Source: Clostridia bacterium (GTDB lineage Bacteria > Bacillota > Clostridia > Christensenellales > Aristaeellaceae). Taken from it: 20,268 nucleotides of DNA. Positions 17,076-20,268 of this stretch are shown here, piece after piece. The DNA is taken from NCBI GenBank assembly GCA_024404275.1, contig JAKSQG010000015.1, positions 1 through 20,268 of the forward strand. The letters run 5' to 3'. Position numbers and translations under genes: made by a program. Under the pieces are notes generated by a model, which searched no databases, had not been told where the DNA came from, and saw only the letters and a program-made list of their open reading frames with translations. Positions within the stretch are counted from its first letter, which is position 1. Every line of letters starts with the position of its first letter.

Positions 17076-17447
17076 TTACAGAACTTCGGGAGCGAGGGAC
17101 ACGATCTTCATGAAGTCCTTGTCCTCACGCAGTTCACGGGCAACAGGCCCAAAGATACGGGTGCCACGGGGCAGCTTCTGTTCATTGATCAGAACAGCAG
17201 CGTTGTCGTCGAAACGGATGTAGCTGCCATCCGCACGGCGGATGGGCTGGTGCTGACGCACGATCACGGCCTTGACCACATCGCCCTTCTTGACGGTGCC
17301 GCCGGTAGAGGCGGTCTTGACGCTGGCGACGATAATGTCGCCGATCGACCCGTCGCGGCGGAAAGAACCGCCCAGCACGCGGATGCACATGATCTCTTTG
17401 GCGCCGGAGTTATCGGCAACCTTAAGTCGCGTTTGCGGCTGAATCAT
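17076..17447 (-). CDS. rplN: 50S ribosomal protein L14
   Basis: [28 protein letters not shown]...[29 protein letters not shown]. Confidence 0.97.
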   Translation of the reverse strand: MIQPQTRLKVADNSGAKEIMCIRVLGGSFRRDGSIGDIIVASVKTASTGGTVKKGDVVKAVIVRQHQPIRRADGSYIRFDDNAAVLINEQKLPRGTRIFGPVARELREDKDFMKIVSLAPEVL

Positions 17448-17531
17448 ACGGGGTTTCCTCCTTTATAGTTTCCGCTCCATGCGACCCCTTTGGTCCATGG
17501 GCGGCCGAATACATTGAAATAGCGCAAACGC

Positions 17532-17792
17532 TTACTTGGCCTTTTCGATGATCTCCACCACGCGCCAGCGCTTTTCGCGGCTCAGCGGGCGGGTTTCCAT
17601 CAAGCGAACGGTATCGCCGATACCGCAGGCATTCTCTTCATCATGAGCCTTCAGCTTGCTGGTTCTGTTCATGATCTTGCCATACAGGGGATGACGCACA
17701 CGGTCCTTGATGGAGACCACAACGGTCTTGTCCATCTTGTCGCTCACAACGACGCCGATGCGGGTTTTACGGATTCCTCTTTCTTCGGACAT
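17532..17792 (-). CDS. rpsQ: 30S ribosomal protein S17
   Basis: [74 protein letters not shown]. Confidence 0.97.
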   Translation of the reverse strand: MSEERGIRKTRIGVVVSDKMDKTVVVSIKDRVRHPLYGKIMNRTSKLKAHDEENACGIGDTVRLMETRPLSREKRWRVVEIIEKAK

Positions 17793-17818
17793 GGAATTGC
17801 CTCCTTTCTCGGTCGATA

Positions 17819-18010
17819 TCAGGCCTTGGTCTTCGCGGACAGCTCGGTCATCGCACGGGCGATGTCGCGCTTGACAGCGGTAATCTGCATAACGTTATCC
17901 AGCTTGCCGATGGCGAGATTGAAACGGAGGCCGAACAGCTCTTCCTTCAGATCTGCGATCTTTTTGGTCAGTTCTTCAACGGACATAGCCTTGAATTCGT
18001 TCGCCTTCAT
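17819..18010 (-). CDS. rpmC: 50S ribosomal protein L29
   Basis: [55 protein letters not shown]. Confidence 0.95.
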   Translation of the reverse strand: MKANEFKAMSVEELTKKIADLKEELFGLRFNLAIGKLDNVMQITAVKRDIARAMTELSAKTKA

Positions 18011-18012
18011 TC

Positions 18013-18444
18013 TTACTCACCATCCTTTCTTCCATACTGTTCCTTGCTGACGATCTTCACGCGCAGGGGCAGCTTGTGGCCGGCAAGGCGCAGGGCCTCA
18101 CGGGCATCGGCTTCCGCAACACCGGCGATCTCGAACAGCACGCGGCCGGGCTTAATGACGGCCACCCAGTATTCGGGAGAACCTTTACCGGAACCCATGC
18201 GGGTCTCGGCAGGCTTCGCGGTAACGGGCTTGTCGGGGAACATCTTGATCCACACCTGACCGCCGCGCTTGGTGTAGCGGGTCAGGGCGATACGGGCAGC
18301 TTCGATCTGCTGACTGGTCACCCAGCAGGGCTCCAGAGCCACCAGGCCGTACTCGCCGTAGGCGATGAAATTACCACGATGGGCAGCGCCCTTCATACGA
18401 CCGCGGAATACGCGGCGGCGCTTTACTCTCTTAGGCATCAACAT
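18013..18444 (-). CDS. rplP: 50S ribosomal protein L16
   Basis: [19 protein letters not shown]...[45 protein letters not shown]. Confidence 0.97.
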   Translation of the reverse strand: MLMPKRVKRRRVFRGRMKGAAHRGNFIAYGEYGLVALEPCWVTSQQIEAARIALTRYTKRGGQVWIKMFPDKPVTAKPAETRMGSGKGSPEYWVAVIKPGRVLFEIAGVAEADAREALRLAGHKLPLRVKIVSKEQYGRKDGE

Positions 18445-18447
18445 GGC

Positions 18448-19131
18448 TTATTTGCCTCCTTCGGTACGCGCAGCAGGCTTTTTGGCCTGGGGCAGGACCT
18501 GGCCCTTATAGATCCAGACCTTTACGCCCAGACGGCCGTAAGTGGTTCTGGCCTCAGCAAAGCCATAGTCGATGTTAGCGCGCAGGGTCTGCAGCGGGAT
18601 GGAGCCCTCATGATAGTGCTCGGTACGGGCAATATCAGCGCCGTTCAGACGGCCGCTGACGGAAACCTTGATACCCTTGGCAGCTTCGCCGCCCTTCATG
18701 GGACGCATGGCGCGCTGAATGCTCTGCTTCATGGCGCGGCGGAAGGCGATGCGCTTTTCGAGCTGCTGGGCGATGTTCTCGGCCACCAGCTGAGCGTCGG
18801 TATCAGGAGACTTGATCTCCATCACGTTGATGTTGCAGGGATGGCCGAGGAACTTTTCGACTTCCGCCTTCAGTTCCTCAATGCCCTTGCCGCCGCGGCC
18901 GATGATCACGCCGGGCTTGCCGGTGAAGATGTTCACGGTCATACGGACGGCATTGCGCTCGACATCAATGCGGCTGATGCCGGCGGCATTGTACTTTTCT
19001 TTGAGCATTTCGCGCAGCTTGTGATCCTCGACGAGGTTATTCGCGAAATCTTTCTTATCGGCGAACCAGCGGGTGCTCCAATCGAAGATTACGCCAATAC
19101 GCGCGCCGCGCGGATTAACTTTCTGACCCAT
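18448..19131 (-). CDS. rpsC: 30S ribosomal protein S3
   Basis: [29 protein letters not shown]...[18 protein letters not shown]...[30 protein letters not shown]. Confidence 0.97.
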   Translation of the reverse strand: MGQKVNPRGARIGVIFDWSTRWFADKKDFANNLVEDHKLREMLKEKYNAAGISRIDVERNAVRMTVNIFTGKPGVIIGRGGKGIEELKAEVEKFLGHPCNINVMEIKSPDTDAQLVAENIAQQLEKRIAFRRAMKQSIQRAMRPMKGGEAAKGIKVSVSGRLNGADIARTEHYHEGSIPLQTLRANIDYGFAEARTTYGRLGVKVWIYKGQVLPQAKKPAARTEGGK

Positions 19132-19148
19132 TCGGAAACCTCCCTCTC

Positions 19149-19535
19149 TTACTGCTTAGCATCCAGGATCACGCTGATGTGGCTCGTACGGCGGAGCATC
19201 GGGGATGCGGAACCGCGGCTGCGGGCAACAAAACGCTTCAGCGTGGGGCCGGGATTGGCGTATACTTCGGCCACGTACAGGGTGCTGCGGTCCATCTCCA
19301 GGTTGTTGACGGCGTTGGCGATGGCGCTGCTGAGCAGCTTGTACACCACGGGGCTGGCGGCCTTGGGGGTATACTGCAGAATGGCCAGGGCTTCATCCGC
19401 GTTCTTGCCGCGGATCAGGTCGATGACAATCTTGACCTTGCGGGGAGAGATGCGCACGTTCTTCACATGCGCCTGCGGGCGCTTATCGCGGCTCTCGGCA
19501 CGCGCGGCACCCTTTTCACGGGTATTCTTTGCCAT
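19149..19535 (-). CDS. rplV: 50S ribosomal protein L22
   Basis: [54 protein letters not shown]...[29 protein letters not shown]. Confidence 0.96.
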   Translation of the reverse strand: MAKNTREKGAARAESRDKRPQAHVKNVRISPRKVKIVIDLIRGKNADEALAILQYTPKAASPVVYKLLSSAIANAVNNLEMDRSTLYVAEVYANPGPTLKRFVARSRGSASPMLRRTSHISVILDAKQ

Positions 19536-19546
19536 ACTTACTCTCC

Positions 19547-19816
19547 TTACTTCGTCTTGTCGCCGCCATGGCCGCGGAAGGTGCGGGTGGGGGCGAATTC
19601 ACCGAACTTGTGGCCAACCATGTCCTCGGTCACATAGACCGGCACGTGCTTGCGGCCGTCATGAACGGCAATGGTGTGTCCGACAAAGTCGGGGAAGATA
19701 ACAGAAGAACGGGACCAGGTTTTCAGTACAGCCTTTTTCCCGGTCTTATTCATTTCCTGAACGCGCTTGAGCAGCGCTTCCTGGATGTAGGGGCCTTTCT
19801 TAACGGAACGGCTCAT
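19547..19816 (-). CDS. rpsS: 30S ribosomal protein S19
   Basis: [19 protein letters not shown]...[52 protein letters not shown]. Confidence 0.97.
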   Translation of the reverse strand: MSRSVKKGPYIQEALLKRVQEMNKTGKKAVLKTWSRSSVIFPDFVGHTIAVHDGRKHVPVYVTEDMVGHKFGEFAPTRTFRGHGGDKTK

Positions 19817-19845
19817 ATTTCAGATTGCCTCCTCTCGTTTTGCTC

Positions 19846-20268
19846 TTACTTCTTGCCCGCGCGCTTGACGATCATGCGGTTGGAGTACTTCTTGTGCTTG
19901 CGGGTCTTGAAGCCCAGAGCAGGCTTGCCCCACGGAGTAACAGGTGCGGGCATACCAACGGGGCTCTTGCCCTCGCCGCCGCCGTGCGGATGGTCGTTCG
20001 GGTTCATGACGACGCCGCGGACGGAGGGGCGGATGCCCATGTGGCGGGTGCGGCCGGCCTTACCGATGCGCACATTCTCATGATCGGTGTTGCCGACGGT
20101 ACCGATGGTGGCGCAGGCGTTCATGGGAACCTTGCGGACTTCACCGGAGGGAAGACGGACCTGAGCGAAGGTGCCTTCCTTGGCCATCAGCTGAGCATAG
20201 GCACCGGCGGTGCGGACCATCTGGCCGCCGCGGCCGGGCTTGATCTCCACATTGTGGATCAGGGTACC
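19846..20268 (-). CDS. rplB: 50S ribosomal protein L2, 3' portion only (start lies beyond the window end)
   Basis: The frame is open to base 20268 ([27 protein letters not shown]...[32 protein letters not shown]...). The 'M' at 20250 in the track is an internal GTG codon. TAA at 19846. Confidence 0.96.
   Translation of the reverse strand, partial: GTLIHNVEIKPGRGGQMVRTAGAYAQLMAKEGTFAQVRLPSGEVRKVPMNACATIGTVGNTDHENVRIGKAGRTRHMGIRPSVRGVVMNPNDHPHGGGEGKSPVGMPAPVTPWGKPALGFKTRKHKKYSNRMIVKRAGKK

Overview
About 14 kb (6620-20268, minus strand) is the conserved S10-spc-alpha ribosomal protein superoperon. Its order is rplB(partial)-rpsS-rplV-rpsC-rplP-rpmC-rpsQ-rplN-rplX-rplE-rpsN(type Z)-rpsH-rplF-rplR-rpsE-rpmD-rplO-secY-adk-map-KOW-infA-rpmJ-rpsM-rpsK-rpsD-rpoA-rplQ. 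That order, the GGAGG Shine-Dalgarno sites and the high GC3 suggest a high-GC Firmicute, probably a Clostridia/Oscillospiraceae-like organism (inference only). The plus-strand 5' end (1-3084) is a 5'-truncated carB. Between carB and rplQ lies a ~3.5 kb non-core wedge (3100-6600) holding five genes. These are an SGNH/GDSL hydrolase broken by one in-frame TAG, a SanA/DUF218 membrane protein, a two-gene operon for a 2xSH3b secreted protein plus an acidic secreted protein of unknown function, and an orphan MoaE-like gene behind the rplQ terminator. I see no CRISPR array, transposase, integrase, tRNA/rRNA, or recognisable defence or toxin-antitoxin system, and I cannot honestly point to a clear novel multi-gene system. 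The most checkable oddities are the TAG-interrupted hydrolase, where no gene in the window uses TAG as a stop. The others are a 196-nt structured leader upstream of rpsM, a terminator hairpin inside the operon between secY and adk, the orphan MoaE-like gene, the uncharacterised secreted pair, and lineage-specific ribosomal protein variants (expanded L17, 4-Cys L24). The many long antisense ORFs in the track are GC3 artefacts.
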